A DNA stretch of 64,000 nucleotides, taken from a virus (taxonomy: Duplodnaviria > Caudoviricetes). Location: IMG/VR virus record IMGVR_UViG_3300021124_000001; one strand, 5' to 3'. The notes beneath the pieces are model-generated. The model was given only the letters and a program-made list of their open reading frames with translations. It searched no databases and was not told the DNA's origin. The translations under genes were made by a program, and so were the position numbers. This document shows positions 37,682 to 46,979 of the stretch, piece by piece; the first letter of the stretch is position 1; the number at the start of each line of letters is the position of its first letter.

Positions 37682-38005
37682 GATAGTAAACTTGGTATAA
37701 GAAAAGTGTTCTGGACGTGGGTTCGACTCCCACCAGGTCCACCAAAGTATATTAGAGTCCGTAAATACCCTTCAGTGGGCTCAAGGAACGGTTTAGAAGA
37801 TGTTGCAATACATCACATAGTATACTTTAATGGGCCTGCATTGGTTTCGACAGGGTAAAGAGTAAGATATTCAGGCTATCCGTCAGAGTTGACGTAAACA
37901 CTAAATCAAAATAAATGCAAACGATGAAAAGTTCCGCATTGCTGCCTAATTAAAGGTTGCTAGGGTTTGCTCGTAGGTTTTCCTAGTAACAGAATAAGCC
38001 TACTA
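37682..38005 (+). ncRNA. ssrA: Circularly permuted (two-piece) tmRNA
   Basis: T-arm GTGGG-TTCGACT-CCCAC plus CAGGTCC-A-CCA (ends 37744) precedes the 5' acceptor strand GGGCCTG (37832) with a G3-U70 pair; tag ORF 37917-37949 ANDEKFRIAA*; boundaries approximate. Confidence 0.92.
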
Positions 38006-38030
38006 CTATGTTTAACTTAAAGGAGTTTTA

Positions 38031-38573
38031 ATGAAAAAGATCGCAATCGCCACTTTGGCATTCGTAGCATTCGCAGCCTCAGCGGCTGATTTCGTGTCTA
38101 TTGACGTAGACCAGGTTACAGATCGTGCTACCAAGCAAAAATCTGTTGCTGAATACGTCCGTGCAGGTAAAGAAATTGGTGGTATTCAATTCGGCCTACA
38201 GTCACGTACAGCACGTTATGCTGACAATTCTGGCATGTACAATAGCCTTGAATTGACAGCAGGTAAAGCTGTTGGAGCATTTACACCATTCGCTGGTGTA
38301 GGTTATGACAACGGTAAAAACGGCGCAGTTAATGGACAGTTTGAGTATGGGCTTGTTGGTGTTACCGCTGGTACACAAGTTGGTCCAGGTTTCTTGCTTG
38401 GTGGTGTAAAAACCCGTGTAAACTTCCATGCTGGTAATCCAAAGCAAACAGTTGAGTTCGCTTCTTATAGCGTTCCTGTTGCTTCTAAAGTTGCTTTGAA
38501 TGTGGGTGTATCCCTTTCTCAGCAAACTATTCAGGAAAAAGCAATCGGTGCAGGTATCACTGTAGCTTTCTAA
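38031..38573 (+). CDS. Outer-membrane beta-barrel protein
   Basis: Sec signal MKKIAIATLAFVAFAASA, amphipathic beta strands, terminal Phe (ITVAF). Confidence 0.8.
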   Translation: MKKIAIATLAFVAFAASAADFVSIDVDQVTDRATKQKSVAEYVRAGKEIGGIQFGLQSRTARYADNSGMYNSLELTAGKAVGAFTPFAGVGYDNGKNGAVNGQFEYGLVGVTAGTQVGPGFLLGGVKTRVNFHAGNPKQTVEFASYSVPVASKVALNVGVSLSQQTIQEKAIGAGITVAF

Positions 38574-38588
38574 GCTGAATGAGTTTTT

Positions 38589-38619
38589 TGGTGGTTCTCT
38601 AAAAACCACCATATTTTTT
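38589..38619 (+). terminator. Probable terminator
   Basis: TGGTGGTT/AACCACCA stem followed by a T run. Confidence 0.6.
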
Positions 38620-38629
38620 AGGAAGATAC

Positions 38630-39193
38630 ATGAAAAGTAAACCAATACTTTTAACCATGGCATTCTCCGCTGTCGTTATATTCCTCTCAATGGTAAACGT
38701 AAACATTTACAATTTACCTTTCAAAGCGAGTTTCGATTCTCTCGATAAAGAGACACAAAAGCAAATCACTTGCCTCGCAGATAACATGTACTTTGAAGCC
38801 GCTACTGAGCCACTTGATGGCCAGAAAGCCGTTGCTTTCGTTACGATTAACAGGCTTCAAACTGGGAATTATGCAAACGACATATGTGGAGTGGTGACCC
38901 AAAAAACTGGTAAGACTTGCCAGTTCTCGTGGTACTGTGAGAAGAAGATTACCGATAGACGCTTGACAGTACGTGACACCTCGTTATATAATGAGATTCG
39001 GGAGTTAGCAGTTAATATGGTTATCAACTTTGAACATCTTGAAGATGTCACTGGTGGTGCAACGTATTACCATGCTGATTATGTTCATCCCGGTTGGAAA
39101 CTAGAAAAGGTAGACAAAATTGGAAGACACATCTTTTACCGAAACAGCAAAGACGAAATTGACCGAAACAAAGGAATCATACAGTATGAATAA
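38630..39193 (+). CDS. SleB-like cell wall hydrolase with N-terminal anchor
   Basis: CLADNMYFEA, QFSW, GATYYHA and IGRHIFY motifs. Confidence 0.9.
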   Translation: MKSKPILLTMAFSAVVIFLSMVNVNIYNLPFKASFDSLDKETQKQITCLADNMYFEAATEPLDGQKAVAFVTINRLQTGNYANDICGVVTQKTGKTCQFSWYCEKKITDRRLTVRDTSLYNEIRELAVNMVINFEHLEDVTGGATYYHADYVHPGWKLEKVDKIGRHIFYRNSKDEIDRNKGIIQYE

Positions 39194-39401
39194 AGACTTT
39201 ACTACAATTTGTGTTACTCTAATCATCACATTGTGTTCGATTGTGGCCGCATATACGATTTATAACATCAATGATCGTAACAATATGGCAAAAAACATTG
39301 AATCTGCTATTCAACGAGGTATTGATCCTATCTCGGTTAAATGTGCATATGAAACGAATGCTAATGCCGTGTGCATTGCATATTCAATGGGTAAAAAATA
39401 A
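39186..39401 (+). CDS. Small membrane protein
   Basis: N-terminal TM segment. Confidence 0.6.
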   Translation: MNKDFTTICVTLIITLCSIVAAYTIYNINDRNNMAKNIESAIQRGIDPISVKCAYETNANAVCIAYSMGKK

Positions 39402-39625
39402 TGCCTACTAAAGATGAAATCCGTGAGTTCTCTTTGAAGATTGAGGAGATTGCCGATCTGTATAATGTTCATTGTATGGAAGCAATCGTCCAGTATTGTG
39501 AAGAATCGGGTATCGAGGTAGAAGTTGCCGCAACCTTGATTTCTTCACACCTCAAAGCACGTATCAAAGAAGAAGCTCAATCTGTTAATCTGATTAAAAA
39601 GTCGAGCCGGTTACCTATTGTATGA
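39401..39625 (+). CDS. gp33: Late transcription coactivator gp33
   Basis: FSLKIEE...[13 protein letters not shown]....LI...LK..I..EA; synteny with gp59 and gp32. Confidence 0.85.
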   Translation: MPTKDEIREFSLKIEEIADLYNVHCMEAIVQYCEESGIEVEVAATLISSHLKARIKEEAQSVNLIKKSSRLPIV

Positions 39626-40298
39626 TATAATATTCATCCGGTTTTCTTTTTAATTTGGAAGAAATATTGGACTTTGTACAATTCATAAATTCGGCCGCTG
39701 TTGTTACTGATTCAAATAATCCAAAAGGTGTCATTATTCTTTTTCTCTTTTTCGGTATAGGTTTGCCTTTTTTCGAATTTGATAAATTCTGTTTATGGTG
39801 TTCTGAAAAAATCATCCCTTTTCTACCGTTTGAAATATTAGTTTTATGTTCCGAACTTTTTGGTCCTAACATTTTTTTGATAGAGTTCTCCGTGTGTTTA
39901 AAACCTAAATTGAAACCTTTCATTCCCTTATTCCACGGAGATTTGTTATAGTGGATACTATTCATACCTGAAATTTTATTTAAGGTTTCTTGTGTATGTT
40001 TATAATTCTCTACACCATCACCTCCATCGGTTTTATTTCTTAATATTCCTGTGCCTATGTCAATTCTACCATACCATCTTATCATTCGGCGTTCCAAAGC
40101 TAGTGCTCCAACTTCAGTTAAATTGCATTCAACAATTATGACTCGTGATTTATCTTTTGGTGGCTTAATTTCTTTTTTAGATTTTAACCAAGCTCGTGTT
40201 TTTTGACCTTTTCCAAAATAATATGGTGTATTATCTGGACGTAGATATGCATAAACATAAGATCCGGGTGGTGTGTTGGTTTTGGAATAAATATCCAT
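39615..40298 (-). CDS. Free-standing GIY-YIG homing endonuclease with NUMOD3 repeats
   Basis: YVYAY...PYYFGKG...[10 protein letters not shown]; antisense between gp33 and gp59. Confidence 0.85.
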   Translation of the reverse strand: MDIYSKTNTPPGSYVYAYLRPDNTPYYFGKGQKTRAWLKSKKEIKPPKDKSRVIIVECNLTEVGALALERRMIRWYGRIDIGTGILRNKTDGGDGVENYKHTQETLNKISGMNSIHYNKSPWNKGMKGFNLGFKHTENSIKKMLGPKSSEHKTNISNGRKGMIFSEHHKQNLSNSKKGKPIPKKRKRIMTPFGLFESVTTAAEFMNCTKSNISSKLKRKPDEYYIIQ

Positions 40299-40364
40299 GC
40301 TGACATTCCTTTACAATGTTAGAGTGGGTGCAAGCGGGAACTTGGCGACCCACACTTATTTATA
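40299..40364 (-). promoter_or_regulatory. Late promoter plus two-hairpin leader, copy 4
   Basis: TATAAATA; GUGGGU-CGC-CAAG...CUUG-C-ACCCAC; CUAACAUU/AAUGUCAG over the RBS. Confidence 0.8.
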
Positions 40365-40370
40365 ATAGAT

Positions 40371-40976
40371 ATGACAGAAAATACTGGTTTCGAAGCGTAC
40401 AAACTTTATTCTGCAATGAAGTTGCACTTCACCTCTAAATCCTATGATTATTTCCGATATAACGGAAAAACTAATGTGTCACAGGATAACTTTTTAAAGA
40501 ACAAAGCAAAATACCAATTCTACAAATTGTCCCGTAAGTATTCACTGGACGAATTGCGTAACTTTTATTTGGCCAACTTCATTTACGGTGATTCGACTTG
40601 GGTTGGTGAAATGACCGGACCAGAAGGTGAAGTTGCATATAAAAAGTGGCAAAAAACCAACCAGAGCTTGACCTATGTGTTTGAGAATGATATACTCGGT
40701 CTCATAGGAAATGATTCACCAGAACAGATGTTGATTGTCAAAGATGGTCAACATCCAATTCTTCTCCGTGAAGTGATGTCTGGTACAATCTCAATTGAAA
40801 CGATGGTTATACTGAATGATATAATGAATTTCTTTCCCATGTGGAATAGAAAGATAAGTGATGATATTATTTGGCCCAATTGGCGCCTAAAAAGTGAAAA
40901 GTATACACCATTCGTTACCTATGATAAGGTAAAATTTAAAAACATTTTGAAAGAAGTGGTTACAGAACATGCATAA
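40371..40976 (+). CDS. gp59: Helicase loader gp59
   Basis: YKLYSAMKLHFTSKSYDYFRYNGK; synteny. Confidence 0.9.
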   Translation: MTENTGFEAYKLYSAMKLHFTSKSYDYFRYNGKTNVSQDNFLKNKAKYQFYKLSRKYSLDELRNFYLANFIYGDSTWVGEMTGPEGEVAYKKWQKTNQSLTYVFENDILGLIGNDSPEQMLIVKDGQHPILLREVMSGTISIETMVILNDIMNFFPMWNRKISDDIIWPNWRLKSEKYTPFVTYDKVKFKNILKEVVTEHA

Positions 40977-41463
40977 GTTTAAGAAAATCTATTTGGACCT
41001 TGATGGTGTGATTGCCGACTTTGCAAAACGTTATAAAGAATTGCATAAGATTAGTCCAGAAGATGCAGACAAAAAGAAACAGTTTGGTAAATTCTTTGCT
41101 GAATTCATCAAGTCTGGCCAGTTTGCTACACTGGATATGATGCCAGACGCCAAGCAATTACTATCCTATCTCAACACCACAGGTGTTCCAGTAGAGATTC
41201 TTTCTTCTACTGCACGACAAGACAACCATGTAGCAATTTCTCGCCAAAAGACTATTTGGCTTGATCGGCATGGTATCAATTATCCAGCTAACTTTGTACC
41301 AGGTAAAGCACTGAAATACAAGTTTGCTGATCCAGAATCCATTATCATTGATGACACTCAATCCGTTATCGATGATTGGAGAAAAGCAGGTGGAGTGGCA
41401 ATTCATCACACAGATGCATTGACAACCATCGCCATGTTAAGTACACTCCTAGGGCGTACCTAA
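40969..41463 (+). CDS. HAD-family 5'(3')-deoxyribonucleotidase-like protein
   Basis: DLDGVIADF, K, IIDD and W..AGG motifs. Confidence 0.8.
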   Translation: MHKFKKIYLDLDGVIADFAKRYKELHKISPEDADKKKQFGKFFAEFIKSGQFATLDMMPDAKQLLSYLNTTGVPVEILSSTARQDNHVAISRQKTIWLDRHGINYPANFVPGKALKYKFADPESIIIDDTQSVIDDWRKAGGVAIHHTDALTTIAMLSTLLGRT

Positions 41464-41534
41464 ATATGGATATATTATGTACAATGTGGATAATCCGTTA
41501 ATATTTTTTAATACTCCGTTTATAAAGGAAAATC

Positions 41535-42428
41535 ATGAGTTCATTTGCAAATCTTAAACGCCAATCTGGCAACCTCGACAAACTATCTAAAGCCATTGAG
41601 CAACTCAATGCATCCTCAGCAGGTACTGACAGTAAAGAAAATTACTGGCGCCCTGAGGTAGATAAAGCAGGTAACGGTTCAGCCGTCATCCGTTTTCTCC
41701 CAACACCAGCAGTCGATGGTGATGACTCTCTCCCATGGGCAAAAGTATTCTCTCACGGCTTCCAAGGTCCTGGTGGCTGGCTGATTGATAACTGCCTGAC
41801 AACCAAGAACGAACAATGTCCTGTATGTGAACACAACAACAAATTGTGGAACTCTGGCATTGAGGCCAACAAGGAAATCGTTCGTAAGCAAAAGCGTAAA
41901 CTGAACTACATTGCAAACGTGTATATCGTTTCTGATCCTAAGCATCCAGAGAATGAAGGACAAGTTAAATTGTTCAAGTTCGGTGCAAAGATTTTTGAGA
42001 AGATCACTGGTGCTATGAATCCAGCTTTTGAAGATGAAGTTGCAATCAACCCATTCGACTTGTGGACTGGTGCAAACTTCAAACTGCGTATCACTAAGGT
42101 CGCAGGCTACCAGAACTATGACAAGTCTGAATTTGCATCACCATCGGCTTTGTCCGATGATGAAGACAAGTTGGAAAAGATTTGGAAGTCTGAATTGTCG
42201 TTGAAAGACTTGACAGCAGACAAAGAATTCAAGTCTTATGATGACCTGAAAGGTCGCCTTGAAAAGGTTCTCGGTCTGAATGGTGACACACCAGTTGCCA
42301 AGACTACTGTTGAAACCATCAAAGAACAGGCTCGTAAAGCACCTAAAGTAGATGCTGAAGATACTGGTTTTGTTGACCCAACAGAAGATGATGATTTGGC
42401 CTACTTCTCTAAGTTAGCAGAAGATTAA
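41535..42428 (+). CDS. gp32: Single-stranded DNA-binding protein gp32
   Basis: DKAGNGSAVIRFLP, CPVCE, GANFKLRI, acidic tail. Confidence 0.95.
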   Translation: MSSFANLKRQSGNLDKLSKAIEQLNASSAGTDSKENYWRPEVDKAGNGSAVIRFLPTPAVDGDDSLPWAKVFSHGFQGPGGWLIDNCLTTKNEQCPVCEHNNKLWNSGIEANKEIVRKQKRKLNYIANVYIVSDPKHPENEGQVKLFKFGAKIFEKITGAMNPAFEDEVAINPFDLWTGANFKLRITKVAGYQNYDKSEFASPSALSDDEDKLEKIWKSELSLKDLTADKEFKSYDDLKGRLEKVLGLNGDTPVAKTTVETIKEQARKAPKVDAEDTGFVDPTEDDDLAYFSKLAED

Positions 42429-42450
42429 ACCCTCTCGAATTCGATAGGTT

Positions 42451-42478
42451 AAGAACCCGCCTAGTGCGGGTTTTTTAT
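42451..42478. terminator. Terminator between convergent operons
   Basis: AACCCGC-CTAGT-GCGGGTT plus T run. Confidence 0.8.
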
Positions 42479-43950
42479 GTCTGTCTGGTCAGACTCTTAA
42501 AAATGTTCTTCAGTGTCGGATCATCCGTACGAACTGTTACGGAACTGTCCATACTGATCGCAGGAGCAGAAGAACCACCAGATGCATTCACAGTCTTAGA
42601 ATTATCAATCGTGACGATTTTGGCTGTATCCTGGTCAAGATTCATACTAATATTTTGACTGATTGCCGACTGCACACGAGTTCCTGTAGATGCTGGTGCT
42701 GGAGGCATCGGTGCGGCTGTAGTTGGGATAGAATATTGTTCAGCCGACATGGTACCTCGACCGGCACCAGCAGTTGATGGCGTAACACCGACAGGTAAAG
42801 GTGTTGCTTTTGTTGCAGTAACCGTGGGCATGTTACCAGAATTGTATAAGTCTGAAGCCTCGTTCAATAATTCTGGTGGAGGTTGATTACCTTTACTATC
42901 CGCAAATATAAATCTTCCATTTTTCTCCTCACCCTTTTTGGTGTAACCTTTGGAATTCAAGTATTTTTCAATCGCTGATTGTTTTTTTCTAATCGCAGAC
43001 TTTAATTTTTCCTGCTTCTGTTCATATTCAGGATCAGAAGAACCTGGCATTTCTGATAGTTGATCTCGATTTTCGGAGTTCTGTATAGATTCAGTAATTG
43101 CTCTGGCTTCTGGTCCACCAAGTTCTTCACTCGAATCTTGTGCGGCACCCATTGCCTTGCCAACGCCAAATTTTATAGCTTCGGCAATCAATACACCTAA
43201 TGCTACACCTCCAGCAAGTCTTTGTATGAATGGATTAGCTAACAAACTTTTAAGTAAACCAAAAGCCGCAAGTACACCCTCACCAAAAATTTCTTTTATT
43301 TTTCCAAAGAAGTCTAATACAGGTTTAAAAAAATCTTTAACTTTTGCTATAGAACCTTCAATAAAATCCATTATATCATCTAAAAATCCACCCTTTTTGA
43401 CTGGTGTTGCTGTCGTAGTTTTACTACCAACTCCAGTAAGTGCTTTAATCAATTCAGAATGCCATTTTTCACGTTGCTTCTCTCTATCAACATTCAAATT
43501 CTTATCAATTTCACTTTGTATCTTTAGTTCTTCTGAGTTTGTCTTAATCAAATTATAAATGCGAGCCATCACATCAGCAAGCCCGTCATTCTTCTTCATA
43601 CTTCTTTTATCACCCTCAGGTATTTTTGTAACTAGAGGGTTCACCTTCATACTTTCTAGGGCACTAGAACGAACTCTTGCACCAGTGAAGTATGCAATAT
43701 CTTCTTCTCTACGGCCAGTCATTTTACCAACAGCATAAGCACCTAGTCTTCCACCAAACATCTTGCCGATGTTCAATGGATCAAACTTTTCTTTCATACG
43801 TGTGAATTTTGCTGTAGTCTTATCTGAGATAGCAGACTTAATAGAACGACCAACGCCTTGACCAGACACGATTCTGTCAACCATTAATCTGCCAAGGCCT
43901 ACATTTTTCAGCCTTTGTGCACGTTGATATGTCATTTTATCGTTTGCCAT
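42475..43950 (-). CDS. Tape-measure-like (gp29-position) protein B
   Basis: Helical and amphipathic with a hydrophobic core; downstream of gp26/gp51. Confidence 0.6.
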   Translation of the reverse strand: MANDKMTYQRAQRLKNVGLGRLMVDRIVSGQGVGRSIKSAISDKTTAKFTRMKEKFDPLNIGKMFGGRLGAYAVGKMTGRREEDIAYFTGARVRSSALESMKVNPLVTKIPEGDKRSMKKNDGLADVMARIYNLIKTNSEELKIQSEIDKNLNVDREKQREKWHSELIKALTGVGSKTTTATPVKKGGFLDDIMDFIEGSIAKVKDFFKPVLDFFGKIKEIFGEGVLAAFGLLKSLLANPFIQRLAGGVALGVLIAEAIKFGVGKAMGAAQDSSEELGGPEARAITESIQNSENRDQLSEMPGSSDPEYEQKQEKLKSAIRKKQSAIEKYLNSKGYTKKGEEKNGRFIFADSKGNQPPPELLNEASDLYNSGNMPTVTATKATPLPVGVTPSTAGAGRGTMSAEQYSIPTTAAPMPPAPASTGTRVQSAISQNISMNLDQDTAKIVTIDNSKTVNASGGSSAPAISMDSSVTVRTDDPTLKNIFKSLTRQT

Positions 43951-43951
43951 T

Positions 43952-45376
43952 TTATCCGCCTATGATTGCTGGTCTCTCTGAAGGTGTTGGTGTTCTAATT
44001 GTTTGTGGTGATGAACCACCTGAAGATATGACTGTTGTTTTTGTATTATCTATTGCAACGTTGGTGCCTTTAGTGGATGATTTTAAATCTTTATTCTCAT
44101 TGGAAGATTTAATAAGATTTTCACCGGAATCTATTTTAACATTTGGTGATGATAGGAGTTTAGATTCTTTTTTACCTGATCCATAACCCTCTCTCTTTTG
44201 CATAGCATCTAATATTAATGTTCGCTGTTGTTCATTAAAATCACGCATTCTCATAGTCTTCAATTTTTCTTCAGGAAGACCAACAGCATCTCTGACAGCT
44301 TTCTGATAAGCAGGAGTATCATTAGCTTTTTCTTTTGCAGGTGCATATCTAGCGATTGCATCATCAATATTTAAATCTCTATAATTTTTACCTTCAAAAA
44401 TCAACTTAGCTTTGGCCGCACGACCAGCTTCATATGTTGGAAAAATTGCAAATCTTTCTTCAGGTGTTTGTGGTTTATTTTTTCCATGAGCGTACGGAAT
44501 TGCACCATTCGATAAAGCAAAATCGCCATATTCGATGTTACCTGGATTATTATTTCTCCAGTTCCAAACACCTTCTTTTTTGACTATTTCACCAGATTGC
44601 AATTCAACTATGTTGTAGCCCTTACCAACTTCAACTATTCTTTTTATTGCTGTTGCGGCCGCGGCACCAATAGCAACACCTGTAGCTACTTTAGCGGCTG
44701 TAGAAACGCCACCAGTAGAAACTGGAGGTTTTGTTGGACTAGCAGACACTGGTTTAGGTGCCGGTGCTTCCACCGGTTTTGCAGTTGCCGGTTTAGCTGT
44801 TGGTGTTTCTGTTGTTGCTGACTTTTGTGCAGGAGCTTCAGCTTTTTTAGCCTCAGGCTCCTTCTTCATGAACCTACCCTTCTCATCTCTAGGCGGTAAT
44901 TCTTTTTTAGGCTTTTGAGCCTTTACACCCTTTTTGGCATTCTCGATGGTGGCAATCAGTTCTTCTTGTCTTCTTTGTTCTTCTTCGAATAGTTCTTGTT
45001 CTTTATTTTTATCCAATTCAGAACGCAACTTACGATCTTCTATATCTTGCTTCATTACAGCATAGATTTTTGCACCGATGTTGGCCGCACTGTCACCTGT
45101 TCGTAGTTTAGGCTTGCTAACGGTGACAGCATCAACGTAAAAGTTGGCGTTTACATTACCAACTTTGTTGGCCATATTTGATTGTGGTGATACTTGCTTA
45201 GCCGTTTTCTTACGCTTTGACAAACCTTTTACTATATCTTCCACATTCATTGCAGTTTGTTTCACAATCATATCAACAATTTGCTTGTCAATAGCGGCTC
45301 GTTGGGCTTCCAATTCTTTACTATTTTGGCCTTTCAACTCACCGATTACTGATTCTAATTGTGACTTGTTGTTCAT
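43952..45376 (-). CDS. Tape-measure-like protein A with putative muramidase domain
   Basis: Coiled coil, PAK linker, RNNNPGNI...FAIF...G...YAP..END lysozyme-like motif. Confidence 0.65.
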   Translation of the reverse strand: MNNKSQLESVIGELKGQNSKELEAQRAAIDKQIVDMIVKQTAMNVEDIVKGLSKRKKTAKQVSPQSNMANKVGNVNANFYVDAVTVSKPKLRTGDSAANIGAKIYAVMKQDIEDRKLRSELDKNKEQELFEEEQRRQEELIATIENAKKGVKAQKPKKELPPRDEKGRFMKKEPEAKKAEAPAQKSATTETPTAKPATAKPVEAPAPKPVSASPTKPPVSTGGVSTAAKVATGVAIGAAAATAIKRIVEVGKGYNIVELQSGEIVKKEGVWNWRNNNPGNIEYGDFALSNGAIPYAHGKNKPQTPEERFAIFPTYEAGRAAKAKLIFEGKNYRDLNIDDAIARYAPAKEKANDTPAYQKAVRDAVGLPEEKLKTMRMRDFNEQQRTLILDAMQKREGYGSGKKESKLLSSPNVKIDSGENLIKSSNENKDLKSSTKGTNVAIDNTKTTVISSGGSSPQTIRTPTPSERPAIIGG

Positions 45377-45390
45377 CTACGTTTTTTTCT

Positions 45391-45458
45391 TATAAATAAT
45401 TGTGTATCGCCAGACTCTCACCTCCGCATACACTCTAACACGAAAGAACCGTATCAGC
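45391..45458 (+). promoter_or_regulatory. Late promoter plus two-hairpin leader, copy 5
   Basis: TATAAATA; GUGUAU-CGC...C-AUACAC; CUAACACG/CGUAUCAG. Confidence 0.8.
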
Positions 45459-46061
45459 ATGACTATTTATCATATAATATATAAAACTATCCACAAAAAC
45501 GGAAACTACTATTATGGTCGCCATTCCACCGATAACTTAAATGATGGATATTTGGGTTCTGGTAAATGGGTGAAAAGCATAAAAAATAAAAAAGAACTTA
45601 CCCGAGAAATAGTGGAATATGCGGATTCCATAGAGAAATTAAAACACTTAGAGGAAAAATACCTAGATGAACACTACGGTAAACCAAATTGTATGAATTG
45701 GTCTAAAGGATCACACGGTTTCAAAAAAGGTGATCCTGCAACCAAGCAAATACCTAGAAGGGTGCAGTTGAAGTTGGTAAAAGAAGGTAAACACCACCTA
45801 TTAAGTGGTGACGTACAGAGACAACAGTGGAAAAAATATAAAGAATTGGGAATAAATCCTATAACAAATATTCAAAATGTTACCGAAAGAGCAAATAGAC
45901 TAATCAAAGAAGGTAAACACAATTTTCAAAACACATCAAGTCGTGAAAAAGTGGTTTTACATCAAAAAACTGAAAGAGTGTGTCCACATTGTGGTAAAAA
46001 TGGAAAAGGCTCAATCATGTTTAGACACCATTTTGAAAAATGCAAATTCAAATCATCTTGA
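45459..46061 (+). CDS. Seg-like GIY-YIG homing endonuclease with C-terminal Zn finger
   Basis: IYKT..NGNYYYGRHST....DGYLGSG; CPHCG...RHHF..C. Confidence 0.85.
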   Translation: MTIYHIIYKTIHKNGNYYYGRHSTDNLNDGYLGSGKWVKSIKNKKELTREIVEYADSIEKLKHLEEKYLDEHYGKPNCMNWSKGSHGFKKGDPATKQIPRRVQLKLVKEGKHHLLSGDVQRQQWKKYKELGINPITNIQNVTERANRLIKEGKHNFQNTSSREKVVLHQKTERVCPHCGKNGKGSIMFRHHFEKCKFKSS

Positions 46062-46241
46062 ATTTTGTCGCTCTTTAATCTTGGCATTTTCTTCTTCAAT
46101 ATATTGAGCAAGCATACTAACGTAAATTTCACGCTCCCATGGCATCATATTTTCTAGCTCCGTCAAACTATACTTGTGATGCTGAATCAATGCAAAGTTG
46201 GTTGTATAATAGTTCCTTAATGTATCATGACGGAAGATTAC
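46053..46241 (-). CDS. gp51: gp51-like baseplate hub/tail assembly chaperone segment, with no own start over its conserved N-terminal part
   Basis: Manual translation VIFRHDTLRNYYTTNFALIQHHKYSLTELENMMPWEREIYV..., in the -1 frame of gp26. Confidence 0.85.
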   Translation of the reverse strand, partial: VIFRHDTLRNYYTTNFALIQHHKYSLTELENMMPWEREIYVSMLAQYIEEENAKIKERQNSR

Positions 46242-46960
46242 CCGAAAAAATTTTCGAGACCCTCCACCTCAATCGTATGGTGGAAACCACACTTACCACA
46301 GTCCATCTCAATTGTTTTATTTAATTTAGGTAAATTGTCAAAAAATTCTTCAATCTTACTAAATTGCTCAGTGTTCAATGATTCTACAAACTCAATTAAT
46401 TCTTCTCTTGCAACCTCATTCGCATAATAGAATTGTTCACCATCATAAATGTTAACGATACTACTGATAATCATTTCAAACGCCATATCGGTTGCAGTCT
46501 CAATATTCTTTGATGCATCCAACACAGAAAACTTTGGATAGGCCAACTTGATACTGATTCTGTCTGTTAGTTGAATCTCATCTTTAATATCATTGTGGTC
46601 AACTTTAATATCTAACAAATTAAACTTAACATCCATCATATTGCCACAAGCCTTATCGTCTACGATATTCTCACAGCGATATTTGTTTTCAACAACTTCA
46701 CCGACCGATCTCGCTCTTAACTGGATGAAATAGTATTCAACGTCCACAATAGGAAGAGAATCAATGTCAACATTCTCTGTCAAGGTACAGTTATGTAAAA
46801 CTTGTTTGATGTTCTTTTCCATAGTCTCTTTATCGTCAGATTCCATGGCCATCATTAGGTTACGTTGCTCTTTCACCAGAAAAGGTCTAAAGCGAATATG
46901 CTTCTTAGACAGCGGTAAAGTCAATTCATAGATCGGCGCATCAATTTTTGGTAAAGCCAT
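46238..46960 (-). CDS. gp26: Baseplate hub assembly chaperone gp26
   Basis: MALPKI..P.Y, FRPFLVKE, LRARSVGE, CGKCG, GLENFF. Confidence 0.9.
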   Translation of the reverse strand: MALPKIDAPIYELTLPLSKKHIRFRPFLVKEQRNLMMAMESDDKETMEKNIKQVLHNCTLTENVDIDSLPIVDVEYYFIQLRARSVGEVVENKYRCENIVDDKACGNMMDVKFNLLDIKVDHNDIKDEIQLTDRISIKLAYPKFSVLDASKNIETATDMAFEMIISSIVNIYDGEQFYYANEVAREELIEFVESLNTEQFSKIEEFFDNLPKLNKTIEMDCGKCGFHHTIEVEGLENFFG

Positions 46961-46979
46961 TATATCTCCTTCAAATCAA

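Noticed and set aside
37711-37744. tRNA gene
   Set aside because: Only a T arm and 3' acceptor strand with no upstream D or anticodon arms; explained as the acceptor piece of the permuted tmRNA
41462-41534. gp32 autoregulatory pseudoknot leader
   Set aside because: The AT-rich leader is compatible with T4-style autoregulation, but I could not define a convincing pseudoknot
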